Position numbers and translations under genes: made by a program. This document shows positions 11,854-25,225 of a DNA stretch of 64,000 nucleotides, in pieces. Each line of letters begins with the position of its first letter. Position 1 is the stretch's first letter. The DNA is taken from positions 19,790,724-19,854,723 of the forward strand of contig NW_026943818.1 in NCBI RefSeq assembly GCF_035594765.1, read 5' to 3'. Under the pieces are notes generated by a model that saw only the letters and a program-made list of their open reading frames with translations, did no database searches and had not been told where the DNA came from. This DNA comes from Anolis carolinensis (Eukaryota).

Positions 11854-12950
11854 CAGTGATGGGAAATCTTTTGCGCTTGGTGTGTCAAAATTCGCCAAAA
11901 AACAGCATGACTTGGGTGGTGTGTCACTTTGAGAAAAAAACCCATAATTTTGCAATACTGTATGTATGGTTTAAATAATAAAAATGTATAATTGTAATAT
12001 ATAACTGTATTTAATAAATCCAAAAACTATTTACTACCATTACAGTAGAGTCTCGCTTATCCAACGTAAATGGGCCGGCAGAACGTTGGAGAAGTGAATA
12101 TGTTGGATAATAAGGAGAGATTAAGGAAAAGCCTATTAAACATCAAATTAAGTTATGATTTTACAAATTAAGCACCAAAACATCATGTTATACCACAAAT
12201 TTGACAGAAAAAGTAGTTCAATACACAGTAATGCTATGTAGTAATTACTATATTTACGAATTTAGCACCAAAATATCACGATGTATTGAAAACATTGACT
12301 ACAAAAATGCGTTGGATAATCCAGAACGTTGGATAAGTGAGTCTTGGATAAGTGAGACTCTACTGTAGTTCAATACGCAGTAATGCTACGTAGTAATTAC
12401 TGTATTTACGAATTAAGAACCAAAATATCATGATGTATTGAAAACATTGACTACAAAAATGCGTTGGATAATCCAGAATGTTGGATAAGCGAGTGTTGGA
12501 TAAGTGAGACTACTGTATTTCCATGTACAACAATCTTATGGTACTTCTTGCATTTTAAGTTTCACAAAGTTTCCACACTGATTTCTCTCTATTCTAGTTT
12601 CAATATAGTCATGAATAATGAATAATATAATATAATAGTAATAATATGATATTATACTACAATAATAATAGAATAATAATAGAATGATATAATTATAATA
12701 TAATGATATAAAATATAATAATAGGATAATATAATAATAGGATATAATATAGATATATATAGATATATATATATATGTGTGTGTGTGTACTGTTGATTTG
12801 TAGGACGGAGTAAGCAAAAAAACAACTGGATGAAATGACACCAAATTTGGCCAGAAAACACTTAACAACCCAAGAGGTGACCACCACTTGTCAGCAAAAA
12901 TGGCTAAACGTGTCAGTGCTGACATGCGTGTCATTGGTTCGCCATCACTG
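11854..12950. mobile_element. Non-autonomous hAT transposon with a nested Tc1/mariner MITE (12043-12365)
   Basis: TIRs CAGTGATGG...CCATCACTG; 8-bp TSD CCCTAGGC. Confidence 0.9.
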
Positions 12951-13243
12951 CCCTAGGCACAAAATTTTGACAAATATTGTATACACAATATGCTTCTGTT
13001 AACATCCCGTATCTTGAAAAGCTCTAAAATAATCCACGAGGGACCCTTTCCCATTCGGATGGTTCCACATGCTTCCCATTTGGTTTCATATGCAAAATCA
13101 TTACGCATATTGTGTATAAAATTACCATCTATTTGACATTTCTAATATTATATCCCTTATCTTGAAATGCTCTAAAATAATCCGCAAGTCACCCATTCAC
13201 TTTCGGATGGTTCCATATGCTCCCTATTTGGTTTTATATACAA

Positions 13244-13693
13244 CTAGCTGTGCCCGGCCACGCGTTGCTGTGGCAAAGTGGTGGTGGTATTGGTTAAAAA
13301 TTGTTTAATTTTTATTTGACGTTATTTGCAATTTTTTATTAATTTTATTGTAAGTTATATTTTTTTATTTATTATATTTTATTATTTTCTTGTATTATTT
13401 TTAGTTATTTTCTGTTATAGTATTTCATTGTATTAATTTTTATTGTTTTTTATTATTTTTTATTGGGTTGCTAGAAGACCAAGTTGGAGGAGCTTAGCCT
13501 TCTAACTGGCAGCAATTGGATAAAAGCAATTATTCCTCTCTCTCTAATTAGGACTTTATTTTTCTTTTCTTTTTGTTGTATCAACCTAGAGGCATGGACG
13601 ATGGGTTGTGTTGTCAAATTTCGAGGTTGGAGGGCCTGTAGTTTTGTTGTTTTGTGGGTTGCCGTGATGCCATCACTCTTTTATATATATAGA
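13244..13693 (-). mobile_element. Non-autonomous Helitron
   Basis: Same termini as the 2112-2562 copy. Confidence 0.8.
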
Positions 13694-13802
13694 TATTATT
13701 ACAAATATTGTATATAAATTTACTTTCATGCTGGGTCTATGAAACCTCAATTAATTTTGTATTTAAATCCCAACCTGTTGGCTTATAGAGAAGATGTATG
13801 CA

Positions 13803-14260
13803 TGCAACACTAAGATGCCACCACAAGAGGGCAGTATATGGAAAGGATAATGTATTGACTTATAGATATGTATGTATGCAGTGTTGAGATGTGACCACAA
13901 GAGGGCAGTATATAGAAAGGATAATCTATTGGTTTATACATATGTATGATTGGGGCCACAAGAGGGCAGTATATAGAAAGGATAATGTATTGACTTATGT
14001 ATGTATGCAGTGTTGAGATGTGACCACAAGAGGGCAGCATATAGAAAGGATAACCTATTGGCTTATACATATGTATGAATGGGGCCACAAGAGGGCAGTA
14101 TATAGAAAGGCCAATGTATTGACTTATAGATATGTATGTATGCAGTGTTGAGATGTGACCACAAGAGGGCAGTATATAGAAAGGATAACCTATCAACTTA
14201 TAGATATGTATGTATGCAGCTCTCAAGTGCAGCCACAAGAGGGCAGTATATAGAAAGGAT
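13803..14260 (+). repeat. Minisatellite of 7 units (61-74 bp), each with a CTCF-type core
   Basis: CCACAAGAGGGCAG at 13821, 13895, 13956, 14024, 14085, 14159 and 14233. Confidence 0.9.
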
Positions 14261-16035
14261 TAGCTTCTAGTAAACAAAATGGACAAAAGTGTTTCCCAAG
14301 AGAAATATTTTATTGAACTGCTGTCCTTTGAGGGCCCTTCCAGCCCCATAAGGAAAAGACAGTAAATCCAGTGGTGTGTTTCTATTTACATTAGTCTTAG
14401 TTTATCGTCGTCACCCATTTTATTCAGGGTTGTATCACAGCGTAAACACTGAAAGTGGCAATGTAATTTGTTTTGCGCTTTTTGGTCCCCGTCTCCCAGC
14501 CTTTAGGGTTGGCCCCATCGATCCTTGGTGGAACAATACAGATATTGGCCTCTCATTGATCGCTGGGAGACTTCACGCAATGGCACCTCGGCAGAGTTTT
14601 GGCACGTCTTTGTAGGCACTTTTAAGGCATCGTAAAGGCAACGGCGGTGGATTATGGGACTTGCAGTCCAAGAAGAGGCACATGGGGGCCCTATGGCAAA
14701 ACCACAGGACGAGGGAAATAAATAGGGCAGGGAAAAACATTGAGATCAGTGCAATCATAAAAAACAAAGGAAGGCTGCTTGGGAACTACAACTCCCATAA
14801 TCCTTGGCTTGACAAAATTGATGGGATTTGTAGTCCCAAACGTAACAGGACTAGCAATTCCCATTGTGAGAAAGCCCTTAGTGTCTGCATCCTATCGGTT
14901 GGCCCTATTTTATATATATATCTCTGCTGGATGAAATATAAAATTAATTTGCGTGTGTGCAAATCTGTTGTTGTCGGGAGTCGCCACAGTATTCAGATCA
15001 TCATTTGGAAAGGCAATGTGGGCACTTCTTTGGGATCTTTTTTGGGGAGGCAAATGTAACTCCCAGTTGATGGTGGATGATGGGAACTGCAGTACAGAGA
15101 CAGTGGATCAGGCCTAATATTTTAAGGCGGTCTTAGATGAAAGAACAACGGAAATGAAGAACTGATGCGTGTTTTCGGTCACTACGATTTGGGATAGGAT
15201 TCGGATCCAAACAAAGCCAGGTACCTGCTTTAGCATGACTGACTACAATTCCCATCATCCCAGACAGACTCCCAGCACAAACCAGGAGGTGATACTGCAA
15301 ACAAAGGCCATTTGAGACCCAAAAAATACAATCCAAACCCAGTTCGTTTGAGCCTCATTTTCCCTCTAAGAAAAAGTCCGGCCAAATAATAATAATAGTA
15401 GTAGTAATAAAGCAGGGTCAACCGTGTGTTCCCAAAGCACCATCGTCCACCTTTCCCCATAATGCCCCAAATCGTGGGATTTCGCTTGGAATCTGGTCCA
15501 GAATTGGCTGTAATGTCCCTGTTTGTAGTATCGGGAATTTAACATCTTCAGCCTTAAAAGAATGAGGAAAAGAGACAGAGGATCAGTTGACAAGACCAGA
15601 CGAGCTCCCGATGGATGATGGTTGTTTGGAAAAAAGGCAAAACGGACGATCTGGATTGACGGTGGTGAAGGTAAACAGTACGAGGCAAAGCGGAACCGTC
15701 CCCAAAGGGAATTGGATGTTGTGCGACGTGGTTGTGCATCCCGACGAACGGCGTCTAGGGATGAAGAAAAGGCAAAACGGACAACCTGGATCAACGGCGA
15801 TGGAGGTAAACCGAAAACGCCTCCATCGCAAATCGGAAAGAAAGGCGAGGGAGGCGCTTCGTCCCCGGAGTTCCCAAAGCGACCCGGATGCCGTGCAATG
15901 TCGTGTTGAATCCGTGGCATCCGTGGACAATGGGCGTTCGGGGAAGAGGCGAAACGGACCATCTGGAAGGAGGGAAACTAAAACGCCTCCGTCGCGGATC
16001 GGAAAGTCCGAATCGGGGAGGGACGTCTCCCGGAG

Positions 16036-16347
<312 letters not shown>

Positions 16348-16420
16348 TTAGTTAGTTAGTTAGAGGAAACCCAAGTCAGGCACTGGTTGGAGCTCTTATT
16401 ATTGCTAGAATAATAATAAT

Positions 16421-16920
16421 GGGGCCGGGCTGTGGCGCAGCTGGCTAGTAACCAGCTGCTATAAATCACTACTGACCGAGAGGTCATGAGTTCGAAGCCC
16501 GGGTCGGGTTAAGCCTCCGACCATTAAAAAAAAAAAAAGCCCCGGCTTGCTCTTGACCTATGCAGCCCCGAAAGACAGTTGCATCTGTCAAGTAGGGAAA
16601 ATTTAGGTACGTTTTCTGCGGGAGGCTAATTTAACTAATTTACAACACCATAAAACTGCCAGCAAAACACGAGGAAAAGAATGAGGAAGAACAGCCACCA
16701 GTGGACGGTGAAGCAACAGCTCCCCCTGTGGCCAGACTCGTGAAGCTGGAAAAGATGTTAAATGCCTCTGTGTCTGTCTAAACTGAATGTTGTATGTCTG
16801 TTGGCATTGAATGTTTGCCATATATGTGTTCATTGTAATCCGCCCTGAGTCCCCTTTGGGGTGAGAAGGGCGGAATATAAATGCTGCAAATAAATAAATA
16901 AATAAATAAATAAATAAATA
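16421..16920 (+). mobile_element. tRNA-derived SINE followed by a LINE-type 3' tail
   Basis: A box TGGCGCAGCTGG, B box GAGTTCGAAGCC, (TAAA)n tail. Confidence 0.75.
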
Positions 16921-17094
16921 GAATAAGGTGTCTTATGCAACGGCCACATGAAAATCGGATCGTTTATGGAATGCTACCATGCCATAACCGAGTTCCAGAA
17001 TACTGTCATTAATATTATTATTATGCCTGCCTCTCCTCAAGACTGGGTGTAACATATTTATGTCTGAGAATCTAATTATTATTATTATTTTATT

Positions 17095-17725
17095 ATGACA
17101 CAGCAAACAAGATCGATATGCTGGATTTCATATCACAAAATCACAAGTCGAACACTTCCCAAGTGTCTAGGACTGTGTGATGTATTATTATTATTGTTGT
17201 TGTTATTATTTTATTATGACACAGCAAACAAGATAGTTATGCTGGATTTCATATCACAAAATCACAAGTCGAACACTTCCCAAGTGTCTAGGACTGTGTG
17301 ATGTATTATTATTATTGTTGTTGTTATTATTTTATTATGACACAGCAAACAAGATCGATATGCTGGATTTCATATCACAAAATCACAAGTCGAACACTTC
17401 CCAAGTGTCTAGGACTGTGTGATGTATTTTCGGATGATGTGCGCAGATCCCAGCAGGGTGGCCTTTTGCAGCTGGCAATCGTAATTTTGTCAATGTCTAT
17501 TGTTTCCAAATGCCGGCTGAGATCTTTTGGCACGGCACCCAATGTGCCCATCACCACCGGGACCACCTGCACTGGTTTCTGCCAGAGTCTTTGAAGTTCA
17601 ATCTTGAGGTCCTGATAGCGGCTGAGTTTTTCCTGTTGTTTTTCGTCAATGCGACTGTCACCTGGGATGGCAACATCAATGATCCAAACCTTTTTCTTTT
17701 CCACAACTGTGATGTCTGGTATGTT
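17095..17725 (-). mobile_element. R4/Dong-clade non-LTR retrotransposon 3' end with triplicated 3' UTR
   Basis: PDITVV..KKVWIIDVAIPGDSRIDEKQQEKLSRYQDL (restriction-like endonuclease domain), embedded in (TAA)n. Confidence 0.82.
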
Positions 17726-18018
17726 GTGTTATTATTACTGTTATTATTATTATTATGCCTATCTCTCCTCAAGACTGGGTGTAACATATTCATGTCTGAG
17801 AATCTAATAATAATAATAATTACTATCATCCGAAAATACATCACACAGTCCTAGACACTCGGGAAGTGTTTGACTTGTGATTTTGTGAAACGAAATCCAG
17901 CATATCTATCTTGTTTGCTGTGTCATACAATAATAATAATAATTATTATTATTATTATAAATAATAATAATAAACGAAATCCAGCATATCTATCTTGTTT
18001 GTTGTGTCATACAACAAC

Positions 18019-18073
<55 letters not shown>

Positions 18074-18326
18074 TATTATTGTTATTATTATGCCTGCCTC
18101 TCCTCAAAACTGGGTGCAACATATTCATGTCTGAGAATCTAATAATAATAATAAAAATGATAATAATAATAATAATAACAACAACATTATTATTTTGATA
18201 TTTCCACTTCGTGACTTTTGTCTTGCTCTTTTTAAACTGTTTAGTGTGGATAAATGTTAGCTGCCTTGAGTCCCCATGGGGATAATAATATAATCTTGAT
18301 ATTATTATATTGATAATAGTATAGAC

Positions 18327-19027
18327 CAGGGGTCCCCAAACTTTTGAAGCCGAGGGCCGGTCCACAATCTTTCAGACTGTTGAGGGGCCGAATTATCATT
18401 TGGAAAAAAAAATACAAACAAATTCCTGTGCACACTGCACATATCTTATTTGTAGTGCAACAACAACAACAACGAAAGAACAATACAATATTTAAAAATG
18501 AAAACAATTTTAACCAACATAAACCTATCAGGATTTCAATGGAAAGTGTGGGTCTGCTTCTAGCCAATGAGATAGTCAAGTTAATTAGGATTGTTGTTGC
18601 CTTCAAGTCATTTCAGACTTTGGCCAAGCCTAAGTCTAAAATTAATTATTTATTTACTGCATTTATTTACTACATTTATATCCCACCCTTCTCACCCCGA
18701 AGGGGACTCAGAGCAGCTGTATGTACATACAATATATTATATTATTAGCATAACACAATATTAGCATTATATATTACTATATTGAACTATACCTCTATAC
18801 TATTATATTCTATGTAATATATAACATATAATTAATATTATTATATGGTATTACTATTAGTATTATATTGTATAACATAATATTATTATCAATATTATAT
18901 GTATATACAATATATTATATTATTAAAACAGATATAAAATATTATATTATAAAACTGAGGGCGGGGGCCAGGTAAATGACCTTGGAGGGCCGCATCCGGC
19001 CCCCGGGCCTTAGTTTGGGGACCCCTG
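18327..19027. mobile_element. Non-autonomous hAT transposon
   Basis: CAGGGGTCC TIRs; TSD GTATAGAC; same family as the 10244 copy, opposite orientation. Confidence 0.9.
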
Positions 19028-19266
19028 GTATAGACAATATAGATAATCTAGATAATTATATTTTTATTATTATATTATTATCTGGATTATTTATATTGTT
19101 ATCTACATTGTCTCTATTATTATTGGATACACAAGCAAGATCACTATGCTGGCTTTTGTACTGGATCACACGCGGACACGTCCCAAGTGTCTAGGACTAT
19201 GTGATGTATCGACAAATAATGTGTGCAGATCCGAACAGGGTCTGATGATGATGATGATTATTATTA

Positions 19267-19506
<240 letters not shown>

Positions 19507-19639
19507 CTATGTTATGGCATTGAATGTTTGCATTATATGTGTGCAATGTGATCCGTCCTGAGTCCCCTTCGGAAGAATATAAAGAAGGGCGGAATATAAA
19601 TACTGCAAATAAATAAATAAATTGTGTCTTCTTCCTTAC

Positions 19640-19853
19640 CACGGCCACCGGGGTGAGGACCACCAGGATGAAGAGGTGGTGGGTGACCATCAGCCGCTCC
19701 TTACGCAGGAAGGCCCCCAGGCTGGCCCAGGAGTGTTTGGGGGCCGCCTCCCCCCGCTCCTCGCTCTTGTGCCAATGGCAGAGGTACATGACGTAGATGT
19801 CGTAGGCCATGTAGGAGACCAGCACGCCCACGTACTCACGCGCCACCCAGTGC
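19640..19853 (-). CDS. TLCD3A: TLCD3A/FAM57A exon 3
   Basis: HWVAREYVGVLVSYMAYDIYVMYLC...LMVTHHLFILVVLTPVAV, including the TLC-domain HH motif; GT-AG boundaries. Confidence 0.93.
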
Positions 19854-19929
19854 CTGCACAAGGAGAAGGAGTATCATTATTCATGACAATAATGACATAT
19901 TATGATAACTATTGCGACTATGACTATAC

Positions 19930-20360
19930 CATTCATCATTCACTGCACCCTCACAGTGATGTGGACCGGCTAGATCTGCCTAGAAGATCAGGGGGCAGAG
20001 GACTCTTACAAGTCAAACAAGCAGTCAAAGAAGAAGAACATGCCCTGGCAGAAGATGGAAAGCAAAGTGAAGAACCTGCTTTGATTGAAGTCAAAAATCA
20101 GAAACTCCTCAAAACGCAGCAGACAAAAAACCAGTACAAGAAAACCGCTCTACAAACTAGAACTGACAAAAAAACCAGTACAAGAAAACCGCACTACAAA
20201 CTAGAGCTGACAGCTGGCACAACAAAACATTGCATAGAAAGTTCCTTGACAAAATTGAAGGAAAAGCTGATAAGGAGAAGACCTGACTATGGCTCACGAA
20301 TGGGACCCTGAAGAAGGAGACAGAAGGCCTGATCCTTGCAGCCCAGGAGCAAGACATCAG
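19930..20360 (+). mobile_element. R4/Dong-clade LINE internal fragment
   Basis: HSLHPHSDVDRLDLPRRSGGRGLLQ...KKETEGLILAAQEQ-type motifs C-terminal to the RT domain. Confidence 0.75.
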
Positions 20361-20419
20361 AAAAACTATGTCTATTATTATTATTATTATTATTGTTATT
20401 GTTATTATTCTATTTTTTT

Positions 20420-21255
20420 GTATGACACAGCAAACAAGATAAGATAGATATGCTGGATTTCGTATCACAAAATCACAAGTCGAACACTTCCCAAGTGTCT
20501 AGGACTGTGTGATGTACAGTAGAGTCTCACTTATCCAACATAAATGGGCCGGCAGAAAGTTGGATAAGCGAATATGTTGGATAATAAGGAGAGATTAAGA
20601 CAAAGCCTATTAAACATCAAATTATGATATGATTTTACAAATTAAGCACCAAAACATCATGTAATACATCCCATTTGACAGAAAAAGTAGTTCAATATGC
20701 AGTAATGTTAAGTTGTAATTACTGTATTTACAAATTTAGCACCAAAATATTGAAATGTATGTATTGAAAACACTGACTACAAAAATGCGTTGGATAATCC
20801 AGAACGTTGGATAAGCGAGTGTTGGATAAGTGAGACTCTACTGTATTTTCGGATGATGCTTGCAGATCCCAGTAGGGTGGCCTTTTGCAATTGGCAGATC
20901 GTAATTTTGTCAATGCCTATTGTTTCCAAATGCCGGCTGAGATCTTTTGGCACGGCACCCAGTGTGCCCATCACCACCGGGACCACCTGCACTGGTTTCT
21001 GCCAGAGTCTTTGCAGTTCAATCTTGAGGTCCTGATAGCGGCTGAGTTTTTCCTGTTGTTTTTCGTCAATGTGACTGTCACCTGAGATGGCGACATCAAT
21101 GATCCAAACCTTTTTCCTTTCCACAACTGTGATGTCTGGTGTGTTGTGTTCCAGAACTTTGTCAGTCTGGATTTGGAAGTCCCACAGTATCTTTGCGTGC
21201 TCATTTTCCAATACTTTTGCAGGTTTGTGATCCCACCAGTTCTTTACTGCTGGGA
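20420..21255 (-). mobile_element. R4/Dong-clade LINE 3' end interrupted by a MITE
   Basis: ENEHAKILWDFQIQTDKVLEHNTPDITVV...KATLLGSASIIRKY; MITE inserted at a TA. Confidence 0.85.
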
Positions 21256-22415
21256 GGTGGTAGTAATAATATCATCAAGTGCCTGGATGCCATCGGGATT
21301 TGTAGAATAATAATAATAGTAATAATAATTATTATTATTATCATAAATGGCAATCATGTGGAACTCCCTGCTACAGAATGGAAGTATCACAATAATATTT
21401 ATATTATTATTATTATTATTAGTAGTAGTAGTAGTAGTAGTATTATCCATGGCTTTCTTTCTCCATTCTGCCTTGTGACACAGTGACTTCTTGCCTTCTT
21501 TCAACGGAAAACCAATGCGCTTCTGATGCAATATCTTTGGGGCCGACTGTTGCACAAAGAGAGCACATTTCTCTCTTTTTCCATTTGCAAAACTCAGAGA
21601 AAGGTCTGGAGCGGAAAGAGATAAAGTGCATTCCTTCATTCCACTCAAACCATGACTTGAGGCAAAGGATTTCCACGTAATGGAATGTTTTTATGGGGAA
21701 TCAAGGTGCTTCCGGAGCCAGGTTTTATGGGTGACCTTCGGCATCGCTTCTTATATTTCCTCCTCGATTTTCAAGCAGCAAGCTCTAATTGTCCTGCCAT
21801 CATCATCATCCTCATTTATTATTTATCATTATAAAATATAATTACTATCATTATTATTATCAGTTTACTATTATTATTCATTGTTTTTATCATTATATTA
21901 TCTTTTTATTATTATACTATTATCATTTTATTTTATTTGTATGTATTATTATCATATTATTTATTATTATCATCATTATCTTTTTATTATACTATTATGA
22001 ATATGAATATTTATTTTTATTATCATTGTAATTTGTACTGTGTGATTTTTATTATTTATCTTAGTTGTGTCATTATTATTTATAATTATTATTAGTTCTT
22101 ATTATATTAATTAATTTTATTTATTTAAAATATTATTACAGTAGTGTCTCACTTATCCAAGCTAAAAGGGCCGGCAGAAGCTTGGATAAGTGAATATCTT
22201 GGATAATAAGGAGGGATTAAGGAAAAGCCTATTAAATATCAAATTAGGTTATGATTTGACAGAAAAAGTAGTTCAATACGCAGTAATGTTATGTTGTAAT
22301 TACCGTATTTACAAATTTAGCACCAAAATATCACGATATATATATACAATATAATTTACAATAGGGCTGTTGTATGTCTTTCGGGCTGTGTGGCCATGTT
22401 CCAGAAGTATTCTCT

Positions 22416-22456
22416 CCTGACGTTTCGCCCACATCTATGGCAGGCATCCTCAGAGG
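22416..22456 (-). ncRNA. Penelope-type minimal hammerhead ribozyme motif (intact core)
   Basis: Minus strand CCU-CUGAGGA-U-GCCUGC catagat GUGGGC-GAAA-C-GUC-AGG. Confidence 0.7.
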
Positions 22457-23083
22457 TTGTGAGGTATATAATTTACAATAATATATAATAATTATAACAT
22501 ATTGTATATACATATAATATTCATAATATTATATTGTAATACAATATAATACTAATAATACAATATAATAATATTAATTATATATTATATTGTACATGTA
22601 ATATTACTAATAATATTACAATATATTGATACTGTACAATATAGTAATTTATTACCAGTATTGTACTATTTTAATAATATAATATTGTATGTAAATTTAA
22701 TTTGTAAGCCGCTCTGAGTCTCCTTCGGGGTGAGAAGGGTGGCATATAAATGTAGCAAATCATAAATAAATAAATATTGAAAACATTGACTACAAAAATG
22801 GCTTGGATAATCCAGAACCTTGGATAAGCGAGGCTTGGATAAGTGAGACTCTACTGTAGTGTTAATTCAACTACACTTAAAGGAATGCAATCCAAGTCCC
22901 TTCTGCAATCGGGTTCGAATCCCGATCACCTGGTTGCTATTTACCTCCCCTAATGAGAAAGATAATCAAATAATAATGATAAATAATATGAATAAAATAA
23001 TACTTAGGATAATGAATAATAATGATGATGATAATTAATAATGGTATTAATTAATTAATTAATAATAAAGAAGAGCCCCTTAC

Positions 23084-23167
23084 CTGCTGTACACCACGTC
23101 TTTGCAATTCAAAACCACCACGATCCCCGAAACGGTGGCCATAATGGCTTGGACGGAGGACACCAGC
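23084..23167 (-). CDS. TLCD3A: TLCD3A/FAM57A exon 2
   Basis: ttccag|G...; RLVSSVQAIMATVSGIVVVLNCKDVVYSR; donor gtaagg; 84 nt. Confidence 0.92.
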
Positions 23168-23910
23168 CTGGAAAGAAGAAGTGAACAAAAATGTCAACAA
23201 AGCCAGTGGTTTTTTTCCATTCAATATTACTGTATTATTAGTATGCAAGGCCGAGAAGAGGACTCTCCCCTTTCTGCCGATGGGAAGAGTCCCAAAGGCA
23301 AATGCACTTGAGCGGATGGAAGGGCAAGGTCACCTGCTCCGGGAGACAAGCCGAGTAAACACCTTTGAGTCAATAAAGGAATACAATCAACGTTGACAGG
23401 CAGCAATGATGTTGGCAATAAAAATGAAAGGCTCGGAAAGAAAGTGTATGTGTGCACGTGTGTATATATATATATATACCCCGAAGGGGGATCAGAGTGG
23501 CTTCCAAATGGTCCATGCCACAATAAACTTAAACATACAAAAATACAATATGCAATATAAAAATTATTGAAACCGTAACATATCAATACACTAAATAAAA
23601 CATAGCACAAAGACCCAAAATCATAATCTAGGAGCCATTCCAATCATGTTACAATCACTTCATAGCTGCCTATTGCACAGTGCAAAAGCATGATGAGTGT
23701 GATGCTGCGGCGAAAAAGGCCGATGCCATCCCAGGCTGCGTCATGAGGAGGATAGTGTCTAGACCAGTGATGGTCAGCCTATGACACGTGTGTCAGTACT
23801 GACACGTCTAGCCATTTTTGCTGACACGCTGCCGCATGTGGCCAAATTTGGTGTGAATTGGTCCAGTGGTTTTGTAGTTTAATCCATGGGAATTATGCAC
23901 ATTACTTACA

Positions 23911-25063
23911 TCTATATATATAAAAGGGTAATGAAATTTCGGCCTAGGACAAAACAACAAAACTACACATCCCAGAAACACTAAACTTGGCAACACAACC
24001 CCTCATCCATGCCTCTACGTTCATACAACAAAACGAAAAGAAAAATAAAGTCCTAATTAGAGGGAGAAGGAATAATTGTTTTTATCCAATTGCTTCCAGT
24101 TAGAAGGCTAAGCTCCACCCACTTGGTCTCCTAGCAACCCACTCAGTCCAGGGGACAGGCAGAGTTAGGCCTCACTTAGGCCTCTATCACACTGCCTATA
24201 AAATACAGATTATCAGATTTGAACTGGATTATATGGCAGTGACTCAAGGCCCTTCCACACAGCTATATAACCCATTTATAATCTTATATTATCCGCTTTG
24301 AACTGGATTATCTTGACTCCACACTGCCATATAATCCACTTCAGTGTGCATTTTATACAGCTGTGTAGAAGGGGCCTCACATAATCCAGTTCTAAGCAGA
24401 TAATATAAGGCTATAAATATAATATATAATAACTAGCTGTGCCCGGCCACGCGTTGCTGTGGCAAAGTGGTGGTGGTATTGGTTAAAAATTGTTGTGTAA
24501 TTTTTATTTGCAATTTTTTATTAATTTTATTGTAAGTTATATTTTTATTTATTATATTTTATTATTTTCTTGTATTATTTTTAGTTATTTTCTGTTATTA
24601 TAGTATTGTATTGTATTAATTTTTAGTGTTTTTTATTGTTTTTTATTGGGTTGCAGGGAGACCAAGTTGGAGGAGCTTAGCCTTCTAACTGGCAGCAATT
24701 GGATAAAAGCAATCATTCCTCTTTCTCTAATTAGGATTTATTTTTCTTTTCTTTTTGTTGTATCAACCTAGAGGCGTGGATGATGGGTTGTGTTGTCAAA
24801 TTTCAAGGTTGGGGGGCCTGTAGTTTTGTTGTTTTGTCCGCTGCCCTGATGCCTTCACTCTTTTATATATATAGATTACTGTGGTATAATAATACAGAAC
24901 AATATAATCTCTAAAATCAGAACAGTAAATAAAGAACAACACTCTGAAAACGGGAATTCCAGACAGGAAACCATCAGGGCCAGCTAACACCTCCCAACAA
25001 AGGATTCCCCTAGGAATCCCAATTAGGACGACCCCACAGCAACGCGTGGCCGGGCACAGCTAG
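23911..25063 (+). mobile_element. Helitron containing an oppositely oriented nested Helitron (24433-24875)
   Basis: Outer TC at 23911 and CTAG at 25060-25063; inner copy complete on the minus strand. Confidence 0.75.
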
Positions 25064-25065
25064 TA

Positions 25066-25185
25066 CTGTATATACTCGAAGATAAGCTGAGTTTTTCAGC
25101 CCTTATTTATAAGATGAAAAAGCCTCCTCCGGCTTATATTTGGGTCAAGGTCAAGCCAGCAGCGGAGCACGATTCATCATCATCA

Positions 25186-25225
<40 letters not shown>

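Noticed and set aside
16421-16520. tRNA gene (also near 34420-34500, 35450-35530 and 47538-47620)
   Set aside because: The A/B boxes belong to tRNA-derived SINE heads; there is no complete cloverleaf and the SINE body follows.
19622-20311. 229-aa ORF
   Set aside because: A chimera of antisense TLCD3A exon 3 and a decayed Dong/R4 LINE fragment.
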